Shown here one piece after another: positions 1-10,148 of a stretch of 64,000 nt of DNA. The notes beneath the pieces were generated by a model. It was not told the origin of the DNA. It searched no databases and saw nothing but the letters and a program-made list of their open reading frames with translations. A program made the translations under genes and the position numbers. The stretch is from positions 118,906 through 182,905 of the forward strand of contig JBBPJF010000003.1 in assembly GCA_043842855.1 (NCBI GenBank), in the 5' to 3' direction. Source of the DNA: Neisseriaceae bacterium (GTDB taxonomy: Bacteria; Pseudomonadota; Gammaproteobacteria; Burkholderiales; Neisseriaceae). Within the stretch, counting starts at the first letter, position 1. The number at the start of each line of letters is the position of its first letter.

Positions 1-486
1 TACCTCTCAAATCTCGCAGAAAAAGTTTACTTAGTTCATCGTAGGGATACCTTTCGGGCGGAAAAAGTGAAGGTGGATCAACTTATGGAACATGTAAACT
101 TAGGTAAAATTGAATTAAGGCTTAATCAAGTAGTGGAAGCTATTTTAGGGTCAGATTCAGTAGGTGTTTCTGGTGTTCAACTGGGCTGTCAACTCACGAA
201 GCAGTCAAAAGAATTAGCAGTAGACGGCGTGTTCATTGCCATTGGACATACGCCTAATACTGCTCTATTCAAGGGCCAAATTCATATGGATACAAATGGT
301 TATTTGTGTACGCGACACTTTGGCGAAGATATGGTGACGCAAACAAATATAAAAGGCGTTTTTGCAGCGGGAGATGTGCAAGATCCCATTTATCGACAAG
401 CCATTACCAGTGCTGCTAGCGGTTGTCAGGCGGCTTTAGATGCGGAAAGGTATCTGAACTCTTTGAGTAAGGATTCCAACCAATAG
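1..486 (+). CDS. trxB: Thioredoxin-disulfide reductase, C-terminal part (5' end outside window)
   Basis: Frame 1 is open from base 1 (YLSNLAEKVYLVHRRDTFRAEK...) and runs into the 67..486 ORF. It carries the HRRDxFRAEK NADPH-specificity motif and the C-terminal GVFAAGDV...YRQAITSAASGC FAD motif typical of TrxB. Confidence 0.88.
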   Translation, partial: YLSNLAEKVYLVHRRDTFRAEKVKVDQLMEHVNLGKIELRLNQVVEAILGSDSVGVSGVQLGCQLTKQSKELAVDGVFIAIGHTPNTALFKGQIHMDTNGYLCTRHFGEDMVTQTNIKGVFAAGDVQDPIYRQAITSAASGCQAALDAERYLNSLSKDSNQ

Positions 487-846
487 AAGAAGAAGTTAAA
501 CTTAAGAGGAGTAGCCTCTGTTGACTATCTGTTAAAACTCTTTATATTTTTAGATGTATTAAACTATTTTCTTCCGCCTTAGTGCGTGATGAACTTTTAT
601 GAATTAAACTCCGTTCCGTATATATGTATCCTACTGAATGGGTTACAATCCATACGCATCAACAGGGAAAACTTTTTTAGATCTATTAAGCTTTTGGTAA
701 CTTCAGGTTAGAAATTGGGATTGGCCTATCTTTAGCCACCTGTTCCACTTCTATAGAACTTAGTCATCCATTTTTATGTTGTTCAAAAAATATTCTCTAA
801 TTGTGACAACTAGAACTTCTCTAGGAGAGCAAAGCAGGAGCGGGTC

Positions 847-2217
847 ATGAACGTAAGCGAAGTAATTTGGGACGAGCAGTTAATTACAAAATATAATCAA
901 GCCGCACCACGTTATACTTCATATCCTACTGCCGTAGAATTTAATACTGAATTTACTGAACAAAAATTAATTCGAGCTTTCCATAGGTATCCTGAGCGTC
1001 CTTTATCTCTTTACATACATATTCCCTTTTGTCGCAAGCTCTGCTATTTCTGTGCTTGTAACAAAGTAATCACTACACATCAAGAAGTAGCTGATATCTA
1101 TTTGGATGCTTTAGAAAAGGAAGCCAAGGTCCGGGCCCCTTATTTTCGAACTAGAACAGTGATCCAAATTCATCTAGGCGGCGGAACACCTACCTACCTG
1201 ACCAATGAGCAGCTAACCCGCCTAATGGTACTTTTGAGAGATAACTTCTCAATAGCTACTGATAGTGAGATTAGCCTAGAACTTGACCCTAGGAATATTG
1301 ACTTAACCCATCTAGAACACTTAAAAAACTTAGGTTTCAATCGGCTAAGTATGGGTATTCAAGATTTTCATCCCGAAGTCCAACGACTAGTCAATCGTCA
1401 GCAGGATGAAGAACAAGTTACGAATCTCATCGCACAGGCTAGGAAATTAAAATTTCATTCAATTAGTCTTGATTTAATCTATGGTTTACCCAAGCAAACT
1501 GTGGAAAGTTTTCGAACCACGCTAAGAAAAATCCATGCACTTGATCCAGAACGAATTAGCCTCTTTAACTTTGCCTACTTGCCTAATTTGATCAAAGCCC
1601 ACCGGATGATTAAGTCTAGCCATTTACCAGAACCTTCTAGAAAGCTTGAAATACTCAAAGAAAGCATTAACTTTCTGCAGCATGTAGGCTATCAATTTAT
1701 TGGGATGGATCATTTTGCCAAGCAGAATGATGAGCTTGCTATACTGCAAAAAATCGGAAAATTGCATAGGAACTTTCAGGGTTATACCACGCATGGAAAT
1801 AGCGATCTGCTGGGCCTAGGAGCATCAGCCATCAGTATGATAGGGGATGCATATGCTCAAAATCACAGGGGAATTGCCGCTTATCAAAAAGCCATTCACA
1901 CACAAGGATCTGCTTTACTGAGAGGCCTAGAACTTACCTGGGATGATTGCTTGAGAAGAGATATTATTAAAGAGATTGTCTGTAACTTTAAAGTGAATTT
2001 TTCAGCTTATGAGGAACGCTATTCTCTCCCCTCCTTTCAAAAACATTTTATTTTAGAATTTAAGGAACTTAATCAATTAGCACAAGATGGGTTACTCTCA
2101 TTAAAGGAAAAGGAACTTGAAGTTTCTCCTATTGGACGCCTGCTGGTTCGGCATATCGCATTGGTATTTGATACCTACTCCAGAATAAAGCAAAATGATT
2201 TTTCTAAAGTAATTTAG
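847..2217 (+). CDS. hemN: Oxygen-independent coproporphyrinogen III oxidase (radical SAM)
   Basis: 456 aa. Has the radical-SAM CxxxCxxC motif (CRKLCYFCAC), N-terminal APRYTSYPTA and GGGTPTYL motifs, and the length expected for HemN. Confidence 0.9.
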   Translation: MNVSEVIWDEQLITKYNQAAPRYTSYPTAVEFNTEFTEQKLIRAFHRYPERPLSLYIHIPFCRKLCYFCACNKVITTHQEVADIYLDALEKEAKVRAPYFRTRTVIQIHLGGGTPTYLTNEQLTRLMVLLRDNFSIATDSEISLELDPRNIDLTHLEHLKNLGFNRLSMGIQDFHPEVQRLVNRQQDEEQVTNLIAQARKLKFHSISLDLIYGLPKQTVESFRTTLRKIHALDPERISLFNFAYLPNLIKAHRMIKSSHLPEPSRKLEILKESINFLQHVGYQFIGMDHFAKQNDELAILQKIGKLHRNFQGYTTHGNSDLLGLGASAISMIGDAYAQNHRGIAAYQKAIHTQGSALLRGLELTWDDCLRRDIIKEIVCNFKVNFSAYEERYSLPSFQKHFILEFKELNQLAQDGLLSLKEKELEVSPIGRLLVRHIALVFDTYSRIKQNDFSKVI

Positions 2218-2409
2218 AAGATCATTCTTCGCCATATATTGTCTAATTATTTAGTATATCTAAATGCTTGCATATGTCTTTCAAACTTAAACTAAACTTA
2301 AAATTATACCTGTGTGTCAAGGCTAAAATGCTGCTAGAGAATCAATTTAGTAGTAAGAAATCAATAGAGGCCATATAAGGCCCAAAGACCACCATGTTTA
2401 AGGAACGCT

Positions 2410-4440
2410 ATGTCAAGCTATTTTCATCTTTTCTCTCCTTTTAAAATTGGTCAGCTAGAACTAGCTAATCGTATTGTGATGGGTTCAATGCACACAGGCT
2501 TTGAGGCCAGACGTTGGGATAGAGAAAAACTAGCAGCCTTTTATGTTCAAAGAGTAAAAGGGGGGGTGGGCTTAATTATTACAGGGGGGATTGCACCTTC
2601 TCGCACTGGCCTTTTAACTTTGTTTGATGCCAAAATAACTAATTATTTGGATGTTAGTCGATTCCGATTGGTTACTAAAGCTGTGCACTCTGCGGGAGGA
2701 AAAATTGTATTGCAATTGCTACATGCTGGACGTTATGGAGCGACCCCTTTAAAACTTGGTGTTAGTCACGCTAGATCCCCTATCCATCCTTTCCAACCTA
2801 TAAAAGCTTCAGATTGCATGATAAAACATGTCATACGTACTTTTGCTCGAGCTGCACAACTAGCCTACCAAGCTGGATTTGACGGGGTTGAAATCATGGC
2901 TGGAGAAGGTTACTTTATCAATCAATTTCTATGTCCGCGGACAAATGATCGCACTGATCAATGGGGAGGCACTACTGAAAAGCGACAACGTTTCTTGCTA
3001 GAAATTATTCGCGCTATCCGAGCAAAGGTACCTGCCTCTTTTGCTCTTATTTTAAGACAATCCTTAGCAGATTTAGTAGAAGGTGGCCAAACAGAAGCTG
3101 AAATTATTCAATTAGCCAAAAAAGCTGAAGCTTTGGGTATAGATGCTATTAATACTGACATTGGTTGGCACGAATCTCGAATCCCTACTATTGTTACTTC
3201 AGTCCCAAGGGCAGCTTTTGTACATTTTACTGAGCGCTTACGTTCCGAAGTGACTATTCCTCTCATTGCTTCTAATCGCATTAATGAACCACAACTTGCA
3301 GAGACTATTTTAGCTCGAGGCTTAGTAGATGCTGTTTCTATGGCAAGGCCACTTCTAGCTGATCCTGCTTTACCCCAAAAAGCCAAGCAAGGAAGAAGCG
3401 AAGAAATTAATACCTGTATTGCGTGTAATCAAGCGTGTTTGGACCATGCTTTTGTTGGTAAAAAGGTAAGTTGTTTAGTCAACCCAAGGGCAGGTCGTGA
3501 AACAACGTTGGTATTAATCCCCACTCCTCACCCTAAAAGAGTAGCTGTTGTAGGAGCTGGCCCTGCTGGTCTAGCTGCTACACTTGCTGCTGTTGAGAAA
3601 GGACATCACGTAGAACTTTTCGAAGCAGAAGATCATATTGGTGGACAATGGTGTTTAGCCACTAAAATCCCCGGTAAGGAAGAATTTCAAGAAACTATTC
3701 GTTATTTTGAAACGCAACTAAAAAAGCAAGCAGTGCAGCTACATATGCGAACCCATGTCAGTGCCTCTGACCTTTTAGAAAGGAATTTTGATGTCATTAT
3801 TATTGCCACTGGAGTTAAACCACGGGTTCCGCAAATCCCTGGAGTTGATCATCCTATGGTGATGACCTATAGTGACGTATTATCAGGAAAGAAAGTACCT
3901 GGGAAGAGAGTAGCTATAATAGGGGCAGGCGGCATTGGCTTTGCTATGGCTGAATTCTTGACTACGGAGCACTCACCAACGCTAGATTTACGTACCTGGG
4001 AGGCAGAGTGGGGGCTTTCTCAAGACCTAACTATTCCAGGTTTTATCGTCCAACCACAAGCCATTGGTACAGCCAGAAAAGTTTATTTATTACAACGCAC
4101 ACCAGGAAAAATGGGACAAGAATTAGGCAAAACGACCGCCTGGGTCCATAAGGCTAGCCTTCAAAAAAGACAGGTGCAATTCCTCAGTGGCGTTGAATAT
4201 CAGAAAATTGATGACGTAGGTTTACATCTTATTTCTAAAGATGAGAGCCGTACAAAACAAATACTTGACGTGGATAATGTTGTTCTTTGCGCAGGTCAGT
4301 TAGCGGTAAATGAGCTAGTAGAACCCTTACGTCAAGCAGGTGCTTGTTTCTACCTTATAGGTGGCGCTGAAAAAGCAGCTGCAGTAGATGCTAAGCGGGC
4401 TATCCACCAAGGTGTAGAAACAGCTGCTAAGATCAAATAA
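2410..4440 (+). CDS. fadH: NADPH-dependent 2,4-dienoyl-CoA reductase
   Basis: 676 aa. N-terminal OYE/TIM-barrel domain (LFSPFKIGQLELANRIVMGSMHTG), a 4Fe-4S Cys cluster (CIACNQACLDH), and a C-terminal GAGPAG Rossmann domain. This is the same architecture as E. coli FadH. Confidence 0.9.
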   Translation: MSSYFHLFSPFKIGQLELANRIVMGSMHTGFEARRWDREKLAAFYVQRVKGGVGLIITGGIAPSRTGLLTLFDAKITNYLDVSRFRLVTKAVHSAGGKIVLQLLHAGRYGATPLKLGVSHARSPIHPFQPIKASDCMIKHVIRTFARAAQLAYQAGFDGVEIMAGEGYFINQFLCPRTNDRTDQWGGTTEKRQRFLLEIIRAIRAKVPASFALILRQSLADLVEGGQTEAEIIQLAKKAEALGIDAINTDIGWHESRIPTIVTSVPRAAFVHFTERLRSEVTIPLIASNRINEPQLAETILARGLVDAVSMARPLLADPALPQKAKQGRSEEINTCIACNQACLDHAFVGKKVSCLVNPRAGRETTLVLIPTPHPKRVAVVGAGPAGLAATLAAVEKGHHVELFEAEDHIGGQWCLATKIPGKEEFQETIRYFETQLKKQAVQLHMRTHVSASDLLERNFDVIIIATGVKPRVPQIPGVDHPMVMTYSDVLSGKKVPGKRVAIIGAGGIGFAMAEFLTTEHSPTLDLRTWEAEWGLSQDLTIPGFIVQPQAIGTARKVYLLQRTPGKMGQELGKTTAWVHKASLQKRQVQFLSGVEYQKIDDVGLHLISKDESRTKQILDVDNVVLCAGQLAVNELVEPLRQAGACFYLIGGAEKAAAVDAKRAIHQGVETAAKIK

Positions 4441-4466
4441 CAGTTAATAAAAGCTGCCTTAAACTT

Positions 4467-5075
4467 TTAACGAGCCCCAAAACCTGTAAAAATTGTCTTG
4501 AATGTTAAAAAGAAAATTTTCAGGTCTAGCATAAAAGAAAAATGCTTCAAATAGTATAGATCATATTCTAGTTTAATGGCAGTTTCTCTAGAGGAGGAAA
4601 CATAACCCTGCTTTACCTGAGCTAGACCGGAGATACCTGGAAGGACGTTATGTCTACAGGAATAGTAAGGGATCTCTTTTTCAAATTTTTCTACAAAAAT
4701 CTTCTGTTCAGGACGAGGCCCAATCAAACTCATTTCCCCTTTCAGTACATTAAAAAACTGAGGCAACTCATCAAGTCTCAGTTTTCGAAGAATCTTTCCA
4801 AAAGGGGTGACGCGTTGGTCATTTACCTCGGCAAACTGGGCACCTCCTCTTTCTGCATGCATATACATACTACGAAATTTATATATTTTAAATTCCTTAC
4901 CCAAATACCCTACCCTTTTTTGCATAAAAATAGCAGGCCCTCTGCTCTCCAAACGGATAATTATTGTAATTAATACGAGAAGGGGAATACTTACAGGCAG
5001 AGAAAGTAAAATGAGTGTAACATCCAAATACCGTTTGAAAAATCGATATCCCGAAGTGGGTTGAAAGCCTTCCAT
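4467..5075 (-). CDS. Small monotopic phosphoglycosyl (undecaprenyl-phosphate sugar) transferase
   Basis: 202 aa with one N-terminal re-entrant hydrophobic helix. Carries bacterial sugar-transferase motifs (KFRSM, DELPQ, LIGPRPE), i.e. PglC/WbaP C-terminal-like. Confidence 0.85.
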   Translation of the reverse strand: MEGFQPTSGYRFFKRYLDVTLILLSLPVSIPLLVLITIIIRLESRGPAIFMQKRVGYLGKEFKIYKFRSMYMHAERGGAQFAEVNDQRVTPFGKILRKLRLDELPQFFNVLKGEMSLIGPRPEQKIFVEKFEKEIPYYSCRHNVLPGISGLAQVKQGYVSSSRETAIKLEYDLYYLKHFSFMLDLKIFFLTFKTIFTGFGAR

Positions 5076-5553
5076 ATTTATTTCAACTATTTCCTAAGCT
5101 GTGGGGTAGTTTGTGGTTTGAAGTTATTTTCTACTAACGCGATTCAGCCTGATTAAAATACTTCCCCTAAAATGGCACTTCAAAGCACTTTAAAAGCATA
5201 GAAACTCTTCAAACATAAACACATTCTACAACCCTATCATAACTAAATTTTACTAAATACTCACCCAAAACTATAACAGCCCGTAGAAAGGTTATTGATT
5301 TAATCCCCTATTCTTAAAGAAAATAATTTAGAAGAACTACTGTGTCTGTTGGGAAAAATTTTGCCTACAACTACGGGGATCTCTTTGGAAAAGCTTATTC
5401 AAGGCGAGAGAAACTAGGAATACTTCTCAAAAAGTAGCCACAAAATAGCAGAGAATGAAAAAAAATGAGCAAACCCCAGCGGATTTGACAGCAGCGCCAC
5501 CATTTAAACCGTTCTACCCTTAAGGGTTTTTATAACGCATTCCAATATTCCTT

Positions 5554-6096
5554 TCAAGCATTTCTATCGAGGAATTGCTCAAAGCTAGGTAGAGATAAAT
5601 CTTTTTTAGATACTAGTTGCTCCTCTTCTAATAGCAACCAATCTATTTTCAACGATGCGTCATCATATCTTACACCTACTTCATACTCGGGTAGGTATGG
5701 TGCATCAACATAATACTGCACTAAAGCAGTAGCAGAAAGTACGGCATAGCCATGCAAAAACCCTACAGGGATATAAAGTTTTTTTCGTTCAGCAGCTCGA
5801 AGAGTATTTCTTACTACTTGTCCAAAATTTGTGGATTCGGGTCTTACATCTACGGCAATATCCAAAATATTTCCTTGCAGTACTTGAATAATTTTCGCTT
5901 GTCCATAAGGGGACTTTTGCATATGTAACCCTCTGATAGCTCCATAGTACGAAAAAACTTCATTAATCTGAAATAAGTGAAAACCTAATTGTGCAACAGA
6001 CTCTTCTTCTCTAAAACTTTCCAAAAAATAGCCGCGGTGATCCCAATGTGGTTTAGAATAAAGGCACCTACATTGAGGCATTTTTTTACGTTGCAT
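5554..6096 (-). CDS. rfbC: dTDP-4-dehydrorhamnose 3,5-epimerase
   Basis: 180 aa cupin. Has the D-x-RG-x-F-x-E-x-F N-terminal motif (WDHRGYFLESF), RGLHMQ and GFLHGY motifs. Overlaps the rfbB stop by 11 nt. An alternative start is at 6081. Confidence 0.82.
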   Translation of the reverse strand: MQRKKMPQCRCLYSKPHWDHRGYFLESFREEESVAQLGFHLFQINEVFSYYGAIRGLHMQKSPYGQAKIIQVLQGNILDIAVDVRPESTNFGQVVRNTLRAAERKKLYIPVGFLHGYAVLSATALVQYYVDAPYLPEYEVGVRYDDASLKIDWLLLEEEQLVSKKDLSLPSFEQFLDRNA

Positions 6097-7099
6097 TAAT
6101 TAACTCATCCCGATGTTTAAGATACCACTCAATAGTGCTTTTCAAATATGGCTTAAATTTCATCTTTGGTTTCCAAGCTAACTCCTGCTCTATTTTCACA
6201 GTACTCAAGGCATAACGAGCATCATGACCAGGTCTATCTCTAACATGAGTAATCAAATTAGTTAACCTGCCAGAAGGGTGACCTAGGACAGTTTCTAAAT
6301 ATTGGCAAATATACCTTACTAAAGCGAGATTAGTAAGCTCATGGTGAGCACTAATTCCATACTGACTACCCACCTTCCCACGGCGAAAAATAAGGTCCAA
6401 AGCTTGAACATGATCTAATACTGGTATCCAATCTCTGACTTGTTGCCCATCACCATAGATAGGAATTGGCTGCTGCTGTAAAGCACAGAAAATGGTATGT
6501 GGGATTAACTTTTCTGTACGCTGATAAGGACCAAAATTATTAGTGCAATAGCTAATTATGCAGGGAAATTGATAAGTATGATGATAAGCCATCGCTATAT
6601 GATCGGCTGCAGCTTTAGAAGCAGAATAAGGTGACCGAGGGTGATAAGCGTGGGTTTCGCTAAAAAGTCCAGGTGCTTGAATTGAACCAAAAACTTCATC
6701 TGTAGAAACGTGCAATAGCCGAAATGAGGTGAGGGGTTGCTCTTTAAGATAGGTACGACACGCTTCCAGTAAACAAACCATACTTAAGACATTGTTTTCT
6801 ACAAATTCCTGAGGAACTTGAATGGAATGATCCACATGTGTATATGCCGCTAGATTCACCACCCCTACAACTCTATAGTGTCGCAACACCTGTAATACAG
6901 TTGAATAATTTGCCACATCAGCTTCAATGAAAGTAAAATTCTCTGATGAGGTAACACTGTCAGGTAACCTATACGTACTAGCTTGGCTCAAATTATCTAG
7001 ACTAAGGCAATGATAACTGGGATAGAAACGCAGAAAATGTTCTACAACGTGACGTCCAATGAAGCCTGCTCCGCCTGTAATAAGTATCGTTTTTTTCAT
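6086..7099 (-). CDS. rfbB: dTDP-glucose 4,6-dehydratase
   Basis: SDR with the ILITGGAGFIG Rossmann motif, the YSASKAA catalytic Y-xxx-K, and the C-terminal RPGHDxRYA motif. Start moved to the ATG at 7099 (MKKTILITGG); the ORF track extends to 7144. Confidence 0.9.
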   Translation of the reverse strand: MKKTILITGGAGFIGRHVVEHFLRFYPSYHCLSLDNLSQASTYRLPDSVTSSENFTFIEADVANYSTVLQVLRHYRVVGVVNLAAYTHVDHSIQVPQEFVENNVLSMVCLLEACRTYLKEQPLTSFRLLHVSTDEVFGSIQAPGLFSETHAYHPRSPYSASKAAADHIAMAYHHTYQFPCIISYCTNNFGPYQRTEKLIPHTIFCALQQQPIPIYGDGQQVRDWIPVLDHVQALDLIFRRGKVGSQYGISAHHELTNLALVRYICQYLETVLGHPSGRLTNLITHVRDRPGHDARYALSTVKIEQELAWKPKMKFKPYLKSTIEWYLKHRDELINAT

Positions 7100-7109
7100 G
7101 ATACCGCTT

Positions 7110-7358
7110 TTATTCAAAAAGAGTTTGCGAAGCCTGCTCAGCAACTATAACAGTCAAAGCTAATTTTTTCTCTCTTAGAGCTCTAGCCTTCCTCTGTTGG
7201 CATTTCCGTAGCACGAGACGCTTCTCTTGGTTAGATAGAGACACCCACTGAAGTCTCTCCTGACGACTACGATAACAACCGATGCAGTACCCCGATCGAT
7301 TAGCCTGACAAACGTCTCGACAAGGGCTAAGAATATCAAAAAGCTCTAACTGTTCCAT
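7110..7358 (-). CDS. DUF1289-family small Cys-rich (putative Fe-S) protein
   Basis: 82 aa. The SPCRDVCQANRSGYCIGCYRSRQERLQW pattern (C-x3-C...C-x2-C-x-R...W) is characteristic of DUF1289. Tightly packed between the nucleoside hydrolase gene (3-nt gap) and rfbB (10-nt gap). Confidence 0.6.
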   Translation of the reverse strand: MEQLELFDILSPCRDVCQANRSGYCIGCYRSRQERLQWVSLSNQEKRLVLRKCQQRKARALREKKLALTVIVAEQASQTLFE

Positions 7359-7361
7359 TTG

Positions 7362-8336
7362 CTAGATCAACTCAGAAAGAGCCAGTGTAAATAGTTCAAA
7401 GAATGCGTCAGCTTTTAGATCATATACCCACTTAACGTTAGGTAAATGCCCCAAACGCTGGTACCAATCCACTTGTACCGCTCCTTGCATTAACCCCTGA
7501 TTGACTTCAATGGTAGCAAATACCGGTTTTGAGGTAAATAAATCAGGTTCAACTAAATAAGCAACAGGACATGGATCATGTAGAGCGCCACCTTCCAAAC
7601 CAAATTGTTGGATATCATACCGACTATAGCTTTGTAATAAATCTGCGATTCTTCTACCATTCGTATTGGCAAGGATACGCAAACGATCCATGCGTGGAGT
7701 TGTCACACAGGCGCGATGTGTGACATCTAAGGGAAGAATACATAGAGGTACTTTGCTTTCAAGGACAATTCTGGCTGCTATTGGATCAACAAAAAAATTA
7801 AACTCAGCATTCGGTGTAATATTGCCTGGCTCTAGGTAAGTCCCACCCATAACCACAATTTCTTTGATACCTTTTGCACAGCTAGGTCTAAACTTAAGCA
7901 CTAGTCCAATATTGGTGAGAGGCCCCAAAGCACATAGAGTGATCGAACGTTCGGGTGCTGATTCTAAGGTTTCTATCAAAAATTCAAGTGCCGAGACAGG
8001 TTGCAGCGGTGTTTTCGGTTCAACTAACGCTGCCATTTCTTCTAAACCCGTATGTCCATGAACTTCTTCTGCGTGGGCTACATCATTTAAAAAAGGGGCT
8101 TCAGCCCCGGCATATACAGATACATCAAAACGCTCTGCCCAATCACAAACGAGACGAGCATTCTTTTGCGTCAGTTCCAAAGGTACATTCCCACAAACTG
8201 TGGTAAGTGCTAATAACTCAAGTCTATTTAATTTTTCTAACCCCAAAGCGAATAGTATGGCAGCAGCGTCGTCAATACCTGGGTCAGTATCTATAATTAC
8301 GCGTGGTACAGATAGTTGAGAAGTGGGTAAATGCAC
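7362..8336 (-). CDS. Nucleoside hydrolase (inosine/uridine-preferring family)
   Basis: 324 aa. N-terminal IIDTDPGIDDAAAI aspartate cluster and an overall IUNH-like layout. Confidence 0.85.
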   Translation of the reverse strand: MHLPTSQLSVPRVIIDTDPGIDDAAAILFALGLEKLNRLELLALTTVCGNVPLELTQKNARLVCDWAERFDVSVYAGAEAPFLNDVAHAEEVHGHTGLEEMAALVEPKTPLQPVSALEFLIETLESAPERSITLCALGPLTNIGLVLKFRPSCAKGIKEIVVMGGTYLEPGNITPNAEFNFFVDPIAARIVLESKVPLCILPLDVTHRACVTTPRMDRLRILANTNGRRIADLLQSYSRYDIQQFGLEGGALHDPCPVAYLVEPDLFTSKPVFATIEVNQGLMQGAVQVDWYQRLGHLPNVKWVYDLKADAFFELFTLALSELI

Positions 8337-8496
8337 AAAATCTTTCCAAGAAAAAAGTTAGTTGTTAAGCTATATCAGAGTGACGAAGTATATTCCAATT
8401 AAAACAAATTAGGTAGACGTAGTTTTGCCTTTGAACTATGGTATATTGCGCTGTAGCAGTACCTAAACAACAATAGGAGATAACCGGCATATTTCC

Positions 8497-9174
8497 ATGA
8501 ATGAAGCTCTTCCTCACTCTCTACCCCTCAGTATTTCTACTCATTCAGAAAGAGTGTACCGGGCGCTGTTAACCTCTATAATCAGGGGTGACCTAGTGCC
8601 TGGATCTAAAATTATCGAACAGGAAATCGCTCGGATACATGGGACTAGCCGCGGTCCTCTGCGAGAAGCCATCAACCGCTTAGAGGGACAGAAGTTAGTA
8701 GTCCGCGTCCCCCATGTTGGCGCTCGTGTGGCATCCTTGAGCACAGCTCAGCTGGTCGAATTATATCAAATACGTGCATGTTTGGAAGGTTTAGCCTGCC
8801 GCTTAGCAGCTACTAAAATTACTACCCACAAAATATCAGAGCTCTTTCATTTATTAGAAAAACATGAAAAAAACTTAATGGCAAATGAGAGCTGTATGAC
8901 TTATGACGAAGATTACGATTTCCACTACCGGATCATTTTAGCTTCTGAAAATAAAACATTACTTCAATTATTAGGCGTAGAACTATATCAATTAATCCGA
9001 ATGTACCGACAAAAATGCCTAATGGCTTCTCAACAACGACACGTTGCTTTCAAAGAACACCACCAGATTATAGAAGCTCTTGAAAAAAAAGATGGCGAGC
9101 TTGCTGAACTATTGATGAAACGACACATTGAAGCAGCCCAGACTAAACTATTGGGCTATTTTTCAAGCCTATAA
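8497..9174 (+). CDS. GntR-family transcriptional regulator (FadR/FCD subfamily)
   Basis: 225 aa. Winged-HTH (PGSKIIEQEIARIHGTSRGPLREAINRLEGQKLV) followed by an all-helical FCD-type C-terminal domain. Divergent from the nucleoside-hydrolase/rml operon. Confidence 0.85.
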   Translation: MNEALPHSLPLSISTHSERVYRALLTSIIRGDLVPGSKIIEQEIARIHGTSRGPLREAINRLEGQKLVVRVPHVGARVASLSTAQLVELYQIRACLEGLACRLAATKITTHKISELFHLLEKHEKNLMANESCMTYDEDYDFHYRIILASENKTLLQLLGVELYQLIRMYRQKCLMASQQRHVAFKEHHQIIEALEKKDGELAELLMKRHIEAAQTKLLGYFSSL

Positions 9175-9197
9175 TGTCTCATCCACTATCTCATCGC

Positions 9198-10142
9198 TTA
9201 GCTAGCTAATAGCGATATTTCCCCTCCTCTATACGCTTGTATGCTATTTTCTTTGGTTAAGATCAAAACTGCTCCATCTCTGTCAACACCCTTCTCTACG
9301 CCCTCTGCAACGAGTTCGCTGGTAGTGGCAACTAATTGCACTGTTTGACCCCAAAAATAGTCATTTTTCACCCATTCTTTTTGAAAATATTCAAATCCCT
9401 TTCGCTCAAAATGTTTCAAATAAACTCTAAGATAACGCATTAAAAGGAGTACTAGTTGATTTCTATCCAAAGTAACCTCTACCTGAGCCAATTCTGCCCA
9501 TCTTGGGTTGTTTGCCTTAAGTTGTATAGGTAAAGAAAGATTTAGTCCTAAGCCAATGACTACCCCCAAAACCTTTTTTGTCTTGGGACTAGTCTCAATT
9601 AAGATTCCTCCTAACTTTTTCCCAAATAATAAAATATCATTTGGCCATTTGAGCTTTAAGCCTGGACAGCCTATCGAGCAGAGTGCCTGACAAACTGCTA
9701 GACCAATTACTAAACTTAAACCTTCCGTTTGAGCAAAATCCTTAAATTCCCAGTATAGACTAAGGAGAATTTGACCTGCATACGTTCCCTCCCATGTCCT
9801 CCCACGGCGCCCACGTCCAGCCCACTGATAATCGGCCAAACATAGATCTCCCTTTTGTAAGTCCGGTAAATGGTCCAAAAGATATTGGTTCGTAGAATCC
9901 ACAATTGAGTTTACCCATACATGAGCAGGTAGAAGCTGAGACTTTAAAAAGAAAACATCCAAAGGAGGAAGTTGGGGCAACAGCTGGTAGCCCCCTGAGT
10001 ATTCATGAATATTCATACCCCCTTCAACCCAGGCTGCCCTTAATTCAGATAATTCCACACTAGAACAACCCAGTTGTTTACATAAATCTACAATTAAATG
10101 TAACTTTAAATCTCGTAGAATGGTTAATAATTGTATCTTCAT
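9198..10142 (-). CDS. birA: Bifunctional biotin-[acetyl-CoA-carboxylase] ligase / repressor (class II BirA)
   Basis: 314 aa. N-terminal HTH, the biotin/ATP-binding GRGRRGRTW loop, KWPNDI motif, and a C-terminal SH3-like tail. Confidence 0.85.
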   Translation of the reverse strand: MKIQLLTILRDLKLHLIVDLCKQLGCSSVELSELRAAWVEGGMNIHEYSGGYQLLPQLPPLDVFFLKSQLLPAHVWVNSIVDSTNQYLLDHLPDLQKGDLCLADYQWAGRGRRGRTWEGTYAGQILLSLYWEFKDFAQTEGLSLVIGLAVCQALCSIGCPGLKLKWPNDILLFGKKLGGILIETSPKTKKVLGVVIGLGLNLSLPIQLKANNPRWAELAQVEVTLDRNQLVLLLMRYLRVYLKHFERKGFEYFQKEWVKNDYFWGQTVQLVATTSELVAEGVEKGVDRDGAVLILTKENSIQAYRGGEISLLAS

Positions 10143-10148
10143 GTACTT

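Noticed and set aside
521-535. FNR/Anr-like box (TTGACTATCTGTTAA) upstream of hemN, which is often anaerobically regulated.
   Set aside because: Only the first half-site resembles TTGAT-N4-ATCAA, and the site lies more than 300 bp from the hemN start.
5076-5553. 478-bp gap between the sugar transferase gene and rfbC, checked for a JUMPstart/ops element (GGCGGTAG), a decayed rfbA/rfbD, and a terminator at the palindrome ACCCTTAAGGGTTTTT (5517-5532).
   Set aside because: There is no ops sequence and no readable RmlA/RmlD motifs in any frame. The palindrome has only a 4-bp stem and faces the plus strand, where there is no upstream gene.
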